IMG/VR virus record: IMGVR_UViG_3300033066_001908
DNA length: 64,000 nt
Reading direction: 5' to 3' (one strand)
DNA from: a virus
Taxonomy: Duplodnaviria; Heunggongvirae; Uroviricota; Caudoviricetes
Program-made: the position numbers and the translations under genes
Notes under the pieces: generated by a model
Database searches by the model: none
Told to the model about the DNA's origin: nothing
The model's input: the letters and a program-made list of their open reading frames with translations, nothing else
Shown here: in pieces, positions 46,168 through 54,937 of the stretch
Layout of the letters: each line of letters starts with the position of its first letter
Position numbering within the stretch: the stretch's first letter is position 1

Positions 46168-46395
46168 TCATCGCCCAAACATCACGAGAATCGACAGCCA
46201 CTGCGCGACCAGAAAACAGAGCGGGCAGCCAATGACCATCATGATAAAACCGTACGAGCCTGCGCTAGGGCCTTTGCCGTCACAGATGTGCCTGAGGTAG
46301 GCATACCAAAGCAGCGCGGCCACCCACCCAACGATGGTCGAGATGAGGAACATCGTGTTTACCGACAGAACAGCCAACATAAGAACCCCAGACAT
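46168..46395 (-). CDS. Small two-TM membrane protein (75 aa)
   Basis: MSGVLMLAVLSVNTMFLISTIVGWVAALLWYAY ... FIMMVIGCPLCFLVAQWLSILVMFG, two hydrophobic helices. Confidence 0.4.
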   Translation of the reverse strand: MSGVLMLAVLSVNTMFLISTIVGWVAALLWYAYLRHICDGKGPSAGSYGFIMMVIGCPLCFLVAQWLSILVMFGR

Positions 46396-46565
46396 GCAAA
46401 TAGAAATGCCACCACAAAAGGAAAACAGCCGCGGCGTCTACCGACACGCTGCAGCTGTTCAAACATAACCCGCTCACGCTCCATCTTCATGAGTGTAGCG
46501 GCTGTGCCAGGACAGGCCGCCCGGTGTGGGCGGCCGTAGCACCAGATGTATTCGCGTTGATCCAT
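46359..46565 (-). CDS. Small protein with C-terminal TM helix (68 aa)
   Basis: The ATG overlaps the SPFH gene stop (TAATG). C-terminal FPFVVAFLFACLGFLCWLF. Confidence 0.35.
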   Translation of the reverse strand: MDQREYIWCYGRPHRAACPGTAATLMKMERERVMFEQLQRVGRRRGCFPFVVAFLFACLGFLCWLFCR

Positions 46566-47464
46566 TACTTCTTTTCGTCCAGGTCATTCATGTTAATGAG
46601 CGGGACGGAGTTCCCAGTGAACTTCGGCAAAGCCCCATTCCACTTCTGAGTCATCAGGTAGTGAGTCAATGCCGGCGTCACTGATTCTGCCAGGATCTTA
46701 TTGCCCTGTGCCTTCAGCTCGATCTGTTTCAATTCCGCTTCAGCTTCGATGATCACGTTACGGGCGCGCCCTTTGGCATTCTCGGTTTCCTGATCGGCCT
46801 CGGCTTTCGACTGGGCCACCTTGTTCTGCGCCTGGATCGCAAGCTGTTGAGCCGTAATGGTCGCGTCGATACTGGCCTGAATCTTTTGCTCAGGTCTTGG
46901 TGCCGAGGCGAACGACAGCATGTGGATCACGATACCGTATTCCGCCATCTGTTTATTCAGCTCAGCTTTGGCCTTGTCGAGCATATCGCTCTTGCCTTCA
47001 CCAAGAATGGCCATCGTGTCCATCTTTTCGGCTTCACGTGCCAGCGCCTCCCGCACATGGTTACGCAACCATTGGTGGGAAATGTTGTCGATGTCACGCC
47101 GCAACTTATCGAACAGCACCGGCACCTTCTCGTCCTGGATCTCATACGTCAGCCCCACATCGACATTGATCTGCGCCCCCTTCGAGCTGGAGATCATGAT
47201 GGACTCGTCGACCGGGTTGCCCTTCGCGTCCTTGCTTTCCTTGCCCCAGAGCACGTTCTGCTCGAAGACAGGAAATTCGTGAATCGATTCGAACAGTGGA
47301 TTGTACCAGGCTCGGCCAACACCAATTGGCTTCGGATCGATGCCCTTGTGCTTACCGCTGGCATTCACACGCACACCGACATTACCTGAATCGATCCACT
47401 GGTAAGTACAACCGGTGAACAGCAGGCAAACCGTCGCAACAATCAACAGAGGGATACGCTTCAC
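46565..47464 (-). CDS. SPFH/Band-7 (prohibitin/HflK-like) domain lipoprotein
   Basis: Start taken at GTG 47464 (GGAGAG SD, overlaps the upstream stop as GTGA). Lipobox LLFTGC. The SPFH-type core runs from GNVGVRVNASG to the long Ala/Gln/Lys-rich coiled coil AQQLAIQAQNKVAQSKAEADQETENAKGRARNVIIEAEAELKQIELKAQGNKI. Confidence 0.65.
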   Translation of the reverse strand: MKRIPLLIVATVCLLFTGCTYQWIDSGNVGVRVNASGKHKGIDPKPIGVGRAWYNPLFESIHEFPVFEQNVLWGKESKDAKGNPVDESIMISSSKGAQINVDVGLTYEIQDEKVPVLFDKLRRDIDNISHQWLRNHVREALAREAEKMDTMAILGEGKSDMLDKAKAELNKQMAEYGIVIHMLSFASAPRPEQKIQASIDATITAQQLAIQAQNKVAQSKAEADQETENAKGRARNVIIEAEAELKQIELKAQGNKILAESVTPALTHYLMTQKWNGALPKFTGNSVPLINMNDLDEKK

Positions 47465-47658
47465 TTGACTCTCCAAATCCAACGAAACACGTGATAGCCG
47501 CAGACCACAAGGACTACGACTCCGACACAACCGAACCTGAACTCGACGTCCGAGTCAGAATTCAAAAGCTCAACCATCGTCGACCAGACAATCATGAAAA
47601 GGACTGCCGCAATCGCCGACTCAACAATCCGAACCGAAATTGGATACTTGTTCTTCAC
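47461..47658 (-). CDS. Small membrane protein upstream of SPFH gene (possible NfeD-like partner)
   Basis: 65 aa with two hydrophobic segments (AIAAVLFMIVWSTMV; CVGVVVLVVCGYHVF). It is translationally coupled on both sides (ATGA/GTGA). Confidence 0.4.
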   Translation of the reverse strand: MKNKYPISVRIVESAIAAVLFMIVWSTMVELLNSDSDVEFRFGCVGVVVLVVCGYHVFRWIWRVK

Positions 47659-48491
47659 TCGTCTGCCTCAACTTCCCTACGAGGTCGCAACTGGATCGCC
47701 CGGCCAGCCATAGGGCTTGGACGCGGATCGGGCTGCTCGGCCCGGCTGCATTCACTTTCAACAATATGGTCAAAGATCTGCTGCCAGGGAATATCGCGGT
47801 GCCTCGCCATCCTGGAAGTTTGCGCGTCAGTCAGGGTGAACAGGATGCACCGGTCATTGAAGTATGTAACGGGTAAAGCGTCCCTGTGGATCAATTCCCC
47901 GCGATCATTCTCGATCGTGACCGACTCAGACCCATCCGGATTCGTGATATACGACGTAACGCGGCCTCGCTGAACGAGATCAGGCGTTTCGATACCTGCT
48001 TCGTACTGTGGCGTCTGGCTATTGTCGTGGATTGGCACATCCACCGGATCGCCGTTATACGACATGACCCGGCGTGTTTGAGGCTCGGACAGACCCAGGT
48101 TCGCCCGCGCGATCGCCGGATTTGTAAGATCCGCCAGATTAGCTGTCGCGGTAAGTACAGTTCCTGCCTCTTGAGCTTGTCGCAACTCTCGGACCTCAGT
48201 GGCCAAGGCCTCAATCCGATTCAGCATCTCGCGGGTCAGATCCACGCCGCCACTAACAAGCTCGCCGGCTCGGTATGTCCCCGCTTGGCGAATTGCAGGC
48301 CCTTGCTGGGCCTGCAACATCTCCTGCGTGCGGGAATGTCGTTCATCGTCCGCCCGCCGCGCGGCAATTTGGGCAGCCTGTTCCTGCTGACATTGCTGCA
48401 GCCAATTCCGAAACTGATTCCCGGACGGTGCTCTTGGTGGGACAATCCCACTAACAGGCCGGGGCGGGTCATCATTCTTCCAGAAAGCCAT
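47655..48491 (-). CDS. Hypothetical protein with tail-fibre-like ARANLGL motif
   Basis: TATANLADLTNPAIARANLGL resembles the conserved N-terminal motif of phage tail-fibre proteins. The remainder is unassigned. Confidence 0.4.
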   Translation of the reverse strand: MAFWKNDDPPRPVSGIVPPRAPSGNQFRNWLQQCQQEQAAQIAARRADDERHSRTQEMLQAQQGPAIRQAGTYRAGELVSGGVDLTREMLNRIEALATEVRELRQAQEAGTVLTATANLADLTNPAIARANLGLSEPQTRRVMSYNGDPVDVPIHDNSQTPQYEAGIETPDLVQRGRVTSYITNPDGSESVTIENDRGELIHRDALPVTYFNDRCILFTLTDAQTSRMARHRDIPWQQIFDHIVESECSRAEQPDPRPSPMAGRAIQLRPRREVEADE

Positions 48492-48499
48492 ACGACCTC

Positions 48500-48778
48500 C
48501 TAACAGGTCACAACACGAGTGGTACGAAGCACCACACAGCGTTTGCCAATGCGCGAGGCCACTTCTTCAGCCTTCGCAACCATTTGCTCCCGAAAGGCCA
48601 TGGCCACCGGGTACAAAGCCTCGAACCGGGAAAACTGTTCGCGAAGTACACGCTCAGCAATAACCGGATCAAACTTCATCAAATCTGCGACAGGCGGACC
48701 CTTCTCATAGTGAACGCCGTCATTGCTCGGACAAGCCATCATTGACCTTTCTCTTCCATCAGCTCGGCTCCGGCACAC
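48500..48778 (-). CDS. Hypothetical protein
   Basis: ORF. Probable start MMACPSNDG. Confidence 0.35.
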   Translation of the reverse strand: MCRSRADGRERSMMACPSNDGVHYEKGPPVADLMKFDPVIAERVLREQFSRFEALYPVAMAFREQMVAKAEEVASRIGKRCVVLRTTRVVTC

Positions 48779-49179
48779 ATGTACCAGAGCTTTGCTGAAG
48801 CTCTGTTAGGGTGCAGATTCTCGTCCAAAACCTTACAACAGATCGCGACCGCGATCAGGACCGGACACTCGTGCTGGTCCTTGATCACGTCCTCGATAAT
48901 CGGTTTCAGCTCCGACATCTGCTGCAGATACTCACTGGTATGCGTACCTGCCATGAGCACCTTTTTCACATGAAACATCTTAGCTCGAAGAGCTTCAAGT
49001 TTCACGCTAATGCGACGGGTCTCTTCCGGGGTCGCCATTTGGGCGCCGGCTGCGGTTCCTCCCGCTGTTCCTGCAATTTGAGCCGGCGCGGTTTGACCGT
49101 CTTGAATGACGTGCGAACTGCCAACCGGTCCAGGATCTTCTTGATGTGTTTGGGATCCGTTTTCAGACAAAACGCACAC
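48739..49179 (-). CDS. Hypothetical protein
   Basis: ORF. Probable start MATPEETRR at about 49038. Confidence 0.35.
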   Translation of the reverse strand: MCVLSENGSQTHQEDPGPVGSSHVIQDGQTAPAQIAGTAGGTAAGAQMATPEETRRISVKLEALRAKMFHVKKVLMAGTHTSEYLQQMSELKPIIEDVIKDQHECPVLIAVAICCKVLDENLHPNRASAKLWYMCAGAELMEEKGQ

Positions 49180-49640
49180 TCCATGTCATTGCAGTACGGT
49201 TTACCGATCTCATTGGGTAACGGGTCCAGCCCGACCTGGTGAGCCTCCCAACCCTTCTCTTTCATAGCGGTAACCATTTCTTTCGGCAACCGATCGAGAA
49301 AGCCAATCGAACAACGATCAGCAACCGCGAACAGTTCAGGGCCGCAAATGTCACCGTGCCACCACTTCTGATACTTGACTTTGAAGTCCGCCTCAGCTTC
49401 ACGCCAATCCTTCTTGTGCGCGTTGACATAGTCATAATTGGCCAGAATTTCCGGAGCCAATTCAGTCGGACCACGCGGAGGGCTTGCAATAGGATCGGGC
49501 ACAGGACGCAGTGGTGTTGGCAACTTGGCTCGGTACTCTGCGTCTTTTTCACGCAGCCACGCATCTTCCTGCTCAGGCGCCACGCCTTCCGCGTAGATCA
49601 AGGTCGTCATAGCGAACAGTAGAGCTAAGACAGTCTTCAT
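49002..49640 (-). CDS. Secreted protein (signal peptide), hypothetical
   Basis: MKTVLALLFAMTTLIYA|EGVAPEQE signal peptide, with conserved Cys in the mature part. Confidence 0.5.
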   Translation of the reverse strand: MKTVLALLFAMTTLIYAEGVAPEQEDAWLREKDAEYRAKLPTPLRPVPDPIASPPRGPTELAPEILANYDYVNAHKKDWREAEADFKVKYQKWWHGDICGPELFAVADRCSIGFLDRLPKEMVTAMKEKGWEAHQVGLDPLPNEIGKPYCNDMECAFCLKTDPKHIKKILDRLAVRTSFKTVKPRRLKLQEQREEPQPAPKWRPRKRPVALA

Positions 49641-49661
49641 GGGTCGAATCCTTTCGAAACT

Positions 49662-50339
49662 TTATTGGGAGCAATACATTTTCTCTGTGATGGCATCCCG
49701 CGTTCGCAGCGCACTGGGGAATAGTCGCTGCACGCAGGCATAAAACCCGTCCATCCCGGGTTTCCGGTCCCAGATGAAATGCCCAATACAGGCATCCGTC
49801 TGATCCCAGGTCTGGTCACCGTCAGCAACCATGTGGTTGTACACATCCGGGTACTCACACACAGTGGGTTTAACCGAAGCAACCGCACGGGCCAAGGACA
49901 GCTGATCAATGTGCTTGAACTTGGTCCACTCTTCATGCCACCTGTTGAACAGGTAATCGGCCGCATGGCCTGCATGCCACATGAAGATGCCGCCATTGTA
50001 CTGGACAGCATCTCTACCCAGCAATTCCACCGTATAATTACGCTCGTCTGGATAAGCGTGATCACAGCGCTCCACGGTCGGAGTCCGGTCCTTGCGGAAA
50101 CTGAAAGTCGCATCCTGCAAGTAGTTCCAGATATCGTCGATTGGTTTCACGACGAGCGTATCACAATCCAGATACAAGGTCTTTGAGAACTGTGAGCACA
50201 TGTTCAACATCGTTTTGAGCGAACGGGATGCTGCTTTATCGTTCAGACCTTTTGCATTGTAGATCTTCGACACGTAACCGATTGTGATGTTGAACTCGGG
50301 CACAAGATCCACCGTATGCGCCACCGGTTCAGTGGTCAC
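49662..50339 (-). CDS. GT8-like glycosyltransferase (nucleotide-diphospho-sugar transferase)
   Basis: KTLYLDCDTLVVKPIDDIWNY matches the GT8 vlYLDaDiivrgdl.eLw DxD block. GTG start directly abutted by tandem repeats. Confidence 0.5.
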   Translation of the reverse strand: MTTEPVAHTVDLVPEFNITIGYVSKIYNAKGLNDKAASRSLKTMLNMCSQFSKTLYLDCDTLVVKPIDDIWNYLQDATFSFRKDRTPTVERCDHAYPDERNYTVELLGRDAVQYNGGIFMWHAGHAADYLFNRWHEEWTKFKHIDQLSLARAVASVKPTVCEYPDVYNHMVADGDQTWDQTDACIGHFIWDRKPGMDGFYACVQRLFPSALRTRDAITEKMYCSQ

Positions 50340-50340
50340 G

Positions 50341-50385
50341 ATGTGAATCGGATCGCAGGTGAATCGGATCGCAGGTGAATCGCCG
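50341..50385. repeat. Tandem direct repeat, 16-bp unit GTGAATCGGATCGCAG x2 plus a partial third
   Basis: GTGAATCGGATCGCAG GTGAATCGGATCGCAG GTGAATCGCCGAG, located 1 nt upstream of the GTG start of the GT8-like gene. Confidence 0.5.
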
Positions 50386-50459
50386 AGCCACCAGGGCCGA
50401 CGTCAGAGCTGCTTCGAGATGCGGTCGCCCAACAGCGCTGTAAATGATTCCTTGCGACA

Positions 50460-50705
50460 TTAGAACTCCGACTCCTGCACAATTTTGCACTCGTCCATAA
50501 GGGCCTGCGCGTGCGCCATCGTGATCTCATCCGGATTATCGCAGGTCGCCGCCAGCTCACTGACATGCTCGTCTATATCGTTAAGGTCAGTGGCTTCCTT
50601 GAGCCCACACACTGCCTCGACTGCCAGATCCAGAACATCGCAGGCCTGCCAGTAAGCCTCTTTCGCGCGAACTGCATCCTGAAGTGCTTTCAGTACGTCG
50701 TCCAT
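50460..50705 (-). CDS. Small acidic protein (81 aa)
   Basis: ORF. Confidence 0.35.
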   Translation of the reverse strand: MDDVLKALQDAVRAKEAYWQACDVLDLAVEAVCGLKEATDLNDIDEHVSELAATCDNPDEITMAHAQALMDECKIVQESEF

Positions 50706-50718
50706 CAGTCACCTCAAC

Positions 50719-51039
50719 TTATTGTGAATCAACCACACGCCCAGGGCTACAAGTCCTAACATCACGATCACCACCCACATCGGTCACTTCCTTTCGCTCC
50801 GGGATCACACGTGGCGGTAGACCTTCCAATTCCAGAAGGCGGCCATCGAGATGGACAAAGAGCTTCATAAACGTGTCACGATGCTGCTCTAACTCTTCAA
50901 CTCGTTGCCGCAACACATGCAGCTCCGTCATCGGAATGCAGGGCTCGGCCACTGCATACTCGTACCGGGGCGAAGTCACATACACCAGGCCAACGCCCAG
51001 CAAAATCCCAATCACAAAAACACTTGCAAGCGATCGCAT
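50719..51039 (-). CDS. Membrane-anchored coiled-coil protein (hypothetical)
   Basis: N-terminal TM SVFVIGILLGVGLVYV followed by TELHVLRQRVEELEQHRDTFMKLFVHLDGRLLELE. Confidence 0.4.
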   Translation of the reverse strand: MRSLASVFVIGILLGVGLVYVTSPRYEYAVAEPCIPMTELHVLRQRVEELEQHRDTFMKLFVHLDGRLLELEGLPPRVIPERKEVTDVGGDRDVRTCSPGRVVDSQ

Positions 51040-51047
51040 AGGGCACC

Positions 51048-51776
51048 TTATTTGCCTGACTCTTTATCGGGCCAGAGGGTTACGGAAAAGTAGGGATTGG
51101 GTTGTGCCGGTTGACCCATCACAGGCGCCCTGGGCCGCGGTTCACCATGCAGGCACCCGCAAGCCATTCCTAACTGCCACAACACACACGGAAGACTGAT
51201 CTGGTCCCGAACACTCCACTGCAGGATGTATTCGCGCCAGAGCGAGTTCAACGCTGCCATCTGTGGCGTATGCTGACGAATCACACAAGCCGTCCCGTAC
51301 AAACCATTCTGATCGGCGTAACCCAGGCTCTTAAAGAACGCGAGCATACCATTGATCAGGTCTGGATCATCCAACTTCTGATCAATGCACGCCTGCGCTT
51401 CCTCAGCAACCGTTCGACGCCGAGGGTGCCTGAAACAAGTGATGTCGTGATAGTTCGTAAAGTTCACCAGCTCGTAGAAGTCCACGATCGGAGTGTGGGT
51501 CGCATCGAACCAGATCGACCGAGTCGCTTCCGGAAACAGGATCTCCGGACTCAGCTTGATCAATCGTGCCGCGCGTCGAGGCGTTGACGCAATATCCTCC
51601 CAGTTGATGCGCGACACATGCCGCCAGCATGATGGGTACGGACCTTCTCGATCCGTGACCAATACGGTCTTGATGTGGTGCTGTGGGATGTCCCAGCTCT
51701 GGATCGGCTCACTGCCGCCGAAGTTCGCTGAGTAGGCCACAGTACCCGCCCCGCCAATCAAACCAGTTAAGCCCAT
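51048..51776 (-). CDS. Putative DUF616-like (TOD1/MUCI70-like) glycosyltransferase
   Basis: Start taken at MGLTGLI (ATG 51776). VAYSANFGGSEP...IKTVLVTD, RRAARLIKLSPEILFPEATRSIWFDATH and FRHPRRRTVAEEA resemble the DUF616 YaaIfGnYD / RrnaKipKllpHrlFP..rySiWiD / h.eR..eE blocks. Confidence 0.4.
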   Translation of the reverse strand: MGLTGLIGGAGTVAYSANFGGSEPIQSWDIPQHHIKTVLVTDREGPYPSCWRHVSRINWEDIASTPRRAARLIKLSPEILFPEATRSIWFDATHTPIVDFYELVNFTNYHDITCFRHPRRRTVAEEAQACIDQKLDDPDLINGMLAFFKSLGYADQNGLYGTACVIRQHTPQMAALNSLWREYILQWSVRDQISLPCVLWQLGMACGCLHGEPRPRAPVMGQPAQPNPYFSVTLWPDKESGK

Positions 51777-53179
51777 TGTCGCGTCCAATCCGTGTGTTGA
51801 TGTTTCACATGCTTCCAGACGCGACTCGCCGTCCGGATCTCCAAGGCCTTCTTCGCGAAGAACCGATCCACTGCTGCCACAACACCGAAGCGACTGTCCG
51901 GATGTTGCACAACGTAGTCATGGCCGAACAGCAAGCCACCTTCTCGCACCTTCGGGTACCAGGCCTGTAAGTCCGCTGTCACTTCAGCATCCAGATGACC
52001 GGCATCCAGGAACACGGCCGCGAAGTATCCATCAGGAAACAACGAAGCCGCCTGCACAGAGGTCATCCGGATTGGGAAGATCCTGCCAGGCAGATCCGAC
52101 ATGTTCTGCAGGAACTTCTGGTAGAGCTTGTCTGGGCCGCCCGCATCCGCCAACGCGGTCCCCAACGAGCTGCCACCGAACCAGGTGTCGATGCAGAACA
52201 GTGGATTAGTCTTCCCGCGCAGCTTCAACTCCGTCGCCAGATAATGGGCCGAAGCGCCCAACCAACAGCCCACCTCGGCGATTGGCTCTCCGTCTGGAAC
52301 ATCTGCTGCAGCACCCGAGTACGGCCCCTGGAAGTCGAAGAACCCGGGAATCGTCTTCCACTTGGTGTTGAACGGCGTGAAGGCATTCGAGGGACGTGGC
52401 TCACAGAGCTTCGTAATCATGGCCTGCAGGGCCTCTTGCCGCAGCTGATTGCGCAGCTCGCCATTCGTTTCCGTCTCTTCCATCGCTGGGTCACAGCTCA
52501 GATGTTGGACCACACCGGCATTCTCACATCGCCCAGGCGTCGTGATCTCTGCGTGGTTGCCACGCTCCATCGAGTACCCGAGTTGGGCACACAGCTTGAG
52601 CTTCTCACCGGCGCCGAAGGGCAGTGTCGGATCGAACCGCAGCTTAGAGTCCTTGTGAAAGGCCAACATGGGCTCATTCGGGACACCGACTGGTTGAATC
52701 GCACCGTCGCCCAGCACGATTGCCCGCACGCTGGGAATCCCCAGCTCTGTGAACTTCGTTTGCTTCGCGACAGCCACAAACTTCTGGTAGTTCTCCGAAT
52801 CGAACAGGCAATCACCATCCAGGACGATCGTCCAGTCGTAACCGCGAGCCTGCCCATCCTCGATCGCCCAGTTGCGCACAGCGTTGATATTGATCGCTGC
52901 GCAAACCTGCTCAGGAAACGTCTTCGCGTTCCGCACAGCGTTCAAATCAACCGGAATCACAACATAATGGGCAGCAAACCGATCCAGCTCCTGTTGGATC
53001 TTACGCCGCACGGAGTGTTCAACGATGCGGTTCAGAATCCAGTGCTCCGTTGGTGTCGCCACCTCAGGCGGATCCTGATCAAAAATCCGGCTGATCGTAC
53101 GCAGCCTGGCATCCGGCAAGTCGCGCGGCGGCAATTCAGAACCGACAATGCGATAGATCCCGATTTTCGGGTCAGCCAT
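51767..53179 (-). CDS. Two-domain protein: N-terminal glycosyltransferase-like domain fused to a C-terminal Methyltransf_24 SAM methyltransferase
   Basis: The N-terminal half has GYDWTIVLDGDCLFD (DxD-like). The C-terminal half has IAEVGCWLGASAHYLA (motif I) and AVFLDAGHLDAEVTADLQAWYPKVREGGLLFGHDY (FxDGxH...GG...HDY). Confidence 0.55.
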   Translation of the reverse strand: MADPKIGIYRIVGSELPPRDLPDARLRTISRIFDQDPPEVATPTEHWILNRIVEHSVRRKIQQELDRFAAHYVVIPVDLNAVRNAKTFPEQVCAAININAVRNWAIEDGQARGYDWTIVLDGDCLFDSENYQKFVAVAKQTKFTELGIPSVRAIVLGDGAIQPVGVPNEPMLAFHKDSKLRFDPTLPFGAGEKLKLCAQLGYSMERGNHAEITTPGRCENAGVVQHLSCDPAMEETETNGELRNQLRQEALQAMITKLCEPRPSNAFTPFNTKWKTIPGFFDFQGPYSGAAADVPDGEPIAEVGCWLGASAHYLATELKLRGKTNPLFCIDTWFGGSSLGTALADAGGPDKLYQKFLQNMSDLPGRIFPIRMTSVQAASLFPDGYFAAVFLDAGHLDAEVTADLQAWYPKVREGGLLFGHDYVVQHPDSRFGVVAAVDRFFAKKALEIRTASRVWKHVKHQHTDWTRQWA

Positions 53180-53190
53180 GTTGCTTCTTT

Positions 53191-54084
53191 CTAAATACTG
53201 AAACCTTGCAGATCCAACACGCCCGAGCGGGTGACATTGGGACCATCTGGATAGTAAGCCGCACGGCCCTCAAGGCCGATCGACAGGCTTTGTTGGTGTC
53301 GCATAGTTCGGATCAGTGAGTTCGTGCCGCCCAGTGACCCGATGAACACGTCAGCCAGCATGCAGCTCTTCATCGCGGTGAAGACCCCAGGATATTCATC
53401 ATCAATGACATGGATGTCAAACGCTTTCCAGTCACTATGGTGGTACAGTTCGCGTGGACCCTGCGTGAACAGGACCGGTCGCGTTTTGTGCAGCCCAAAA
53501 CGCTTCTTGACCGCGTCCCAGGCGCTGAAGAAGTACGCGTCTGGCGTTTCCCAAGATGGTCCGAGCTTGTCACTGGTGCCTGGCGTCCTGCGGTAACACA
53601 CCACATGCGGACCAGGCGCGTCCTCCCAGATTGTTGGAATCATGTGGAAGAACCGTGACTGAAACATCTCCTGCTGGAAGAACTGTGCGGTCTGGGTAAA
53701 CGTCCCGCCAGGCCAGTGATAGCCTTCCCACCAGCCCAAACCCCAGTCCGCACACAGCAACAGCCAATCATCAGGCGTCTCAGCCACCAGCCGTTTGATA
53801 TCCGGGTAAGCTACTGACTGCACGAGTCGGTCAGGTGGCAACGGTCGATACAGCTTTAACGTGATCGACTTGTGTTGTTGCGAAGACACTCGAGGAATAT
53901 CAGCAAACTCGCCCAGGAAGCCATTCCACCCAGCTGCCGCGTCATTAAACGCTGGCCCGTCAACTAGATCGGTGTGCAGGTACTGTCCGCGCTCGGACAT
54001 AAAAGCCAGATGCCTTGCTGCAAACAGGTGCGAGAACTGGTGCCCCACACGCCCTATTGTTGGCCAGCCACCTACATAAAACAT
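53191..54084 (-). CDS. Hypothetical protein, possibly glycosyltransferase-like
   Basis: 297-aa ORF inside the carbohydrate-enzyme cluster. No clear motif. Confidence 0.35.
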   Translation of the reverse strand: MFYVGGWPTIGRVGHQFSHLFAARHLAFMSERGQYLHTDLVDGPAFNDAAAGWNGFLGEFADIPRVSSQQHKSITLKLYRPLPPDRLVQSVAYPDIKRLVAETPDDWLLLCADWGLGWWEGYHWPGGTFTQTAQFFQQEMFQSRFFHMIPTIWEDAPGPHVVCYRRTPGTSDKLGPSWETPDAYFFSAWDAVKKRFGLHKTRPVLFTQGPRELYHHSDWKAFDIHVIDDEYPGVFTAMKSCMLADVFIGSLGGTNSLIRTMRHQQSLSIGLEGRAAYYPDGPNVTRSGVLDLQGFSI

Positions 54085-54094
54085 CGCGAACTCG

Positions 54095-54937
54095 CTACTT
54101 AGAACTGTCCTGTACAGGCGGACGCCTGGTATTCTTGGGGCTCAGGAAGCCCTGCGTATCGTCGAACTTACCCGTCCAAGGTGGTTCGATCAGGCAGCGC
54201 AACATGTCTGCATCCGTCTTGCTGTACGAGATCGCGGCTTGCGCCGCCCAACTCGCATAGCTCTTTTGCTGCGCAGGGTCACGCCAGCACATCCAACCCG
54301 GCGTGAACTTGTAGTAGGCCATCAGTCGGTTGTTGAGCACAGTACGCTGACCAGTGTCCCCATGCACCAGCGATTCGCTGAAGAAGATCAAGTCACCAGG
54401 TTCAAGCTTCGGCACAACCACTGCTGGGTGATTGAGGTTCTGGTTGAACATCTTCAGGTAGATCTCCTTGCCGTCCGCGCGATCAAAGGCCTTGTGCGAC
54501 CCAGGCAGGTAGCAGAAGCCACCCGTCTGGTCGTCTTGCCCTGTCAGACAGATACCCACGGACAACTGACCCACCAAACCCACACGACCGCCGGTGTTGT
54601 GGTAAAAGCATGAACTCTGACTGCTATCCGGCCCGCCGTGAAGCTGTGCCGGCGCCTGGGACTGTTTGGATCCCGAGACACCAAAGGCATGATCCAACCG
54701 CGTGTAATCACCACACATCTGGATTGCTGGTTGAATCAGCACCGGCCGAATCAACCAATCCCAAAACAACGTGCCCAGATTCAGGGTTGGAAACTTCCAA
54801 ACGCCGCGATCGATGTGATTGGAGATCTCAGCCTTTGCCTTAGCGATCTCCACTGCCGGAATCGCCTGCTTTCGGATCAATACCCCTGCGGTGTCAAAGA
54901 TATACTGCTCAAGCGGATCCATTTGACCTGGCTGCAT
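54095..54937 (-). CDS. Phytanoyl-CoA dioxygenase (PhyH) family Fe(II)/2-oxoglutarate oxygenase
   Basis: Start taken at ATG 54937 (MQPGQMD) with an AAGGA SD. LHGGPD (HxD-like), GGFCYLPGSHK and DLIFFSESLVHGDTG (distal His) fit the PhyH family. Confidence 0.55.
   Translation of the reverse strand: MQPGQMDPLEQYIFDTAGVLIRKQAIPAVEIAKAKAEISNHIDRGVWKFPTLNLGTLFWDWLIRPVLIQPAIQMCGDYTRLDHAFGVSGSKQSQAPAQLHGGPDSSQSSCFYHNTGGRVGLVGQLSVGICLTGQDDQTGGFCYLPGSHKAFDRADGKEIYLKMFNQNLNHPAVVVPKLEPGDLIFFSESLVHGDTGQRTVLNNRLMAYYKFTPGWMCWRDPAQQKSYASWAAQAAISYSKTDADMLRCLIEPPWTGKFDDTQGFLSPKNTRRPPVQDSSK

Noticed and set aside
50341-50385. Possible CRISPR array
   Set aside because: It has only 2.5 directly abutting 16-bp repeats with no spacers. 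It is a simple tandem repeat.
51995-53194. 399-aa plus-strand ORF
   Set aside because: It is antisense to the GT-methyltransferase fusion gene, which carries clear SAM-MTase motifs.
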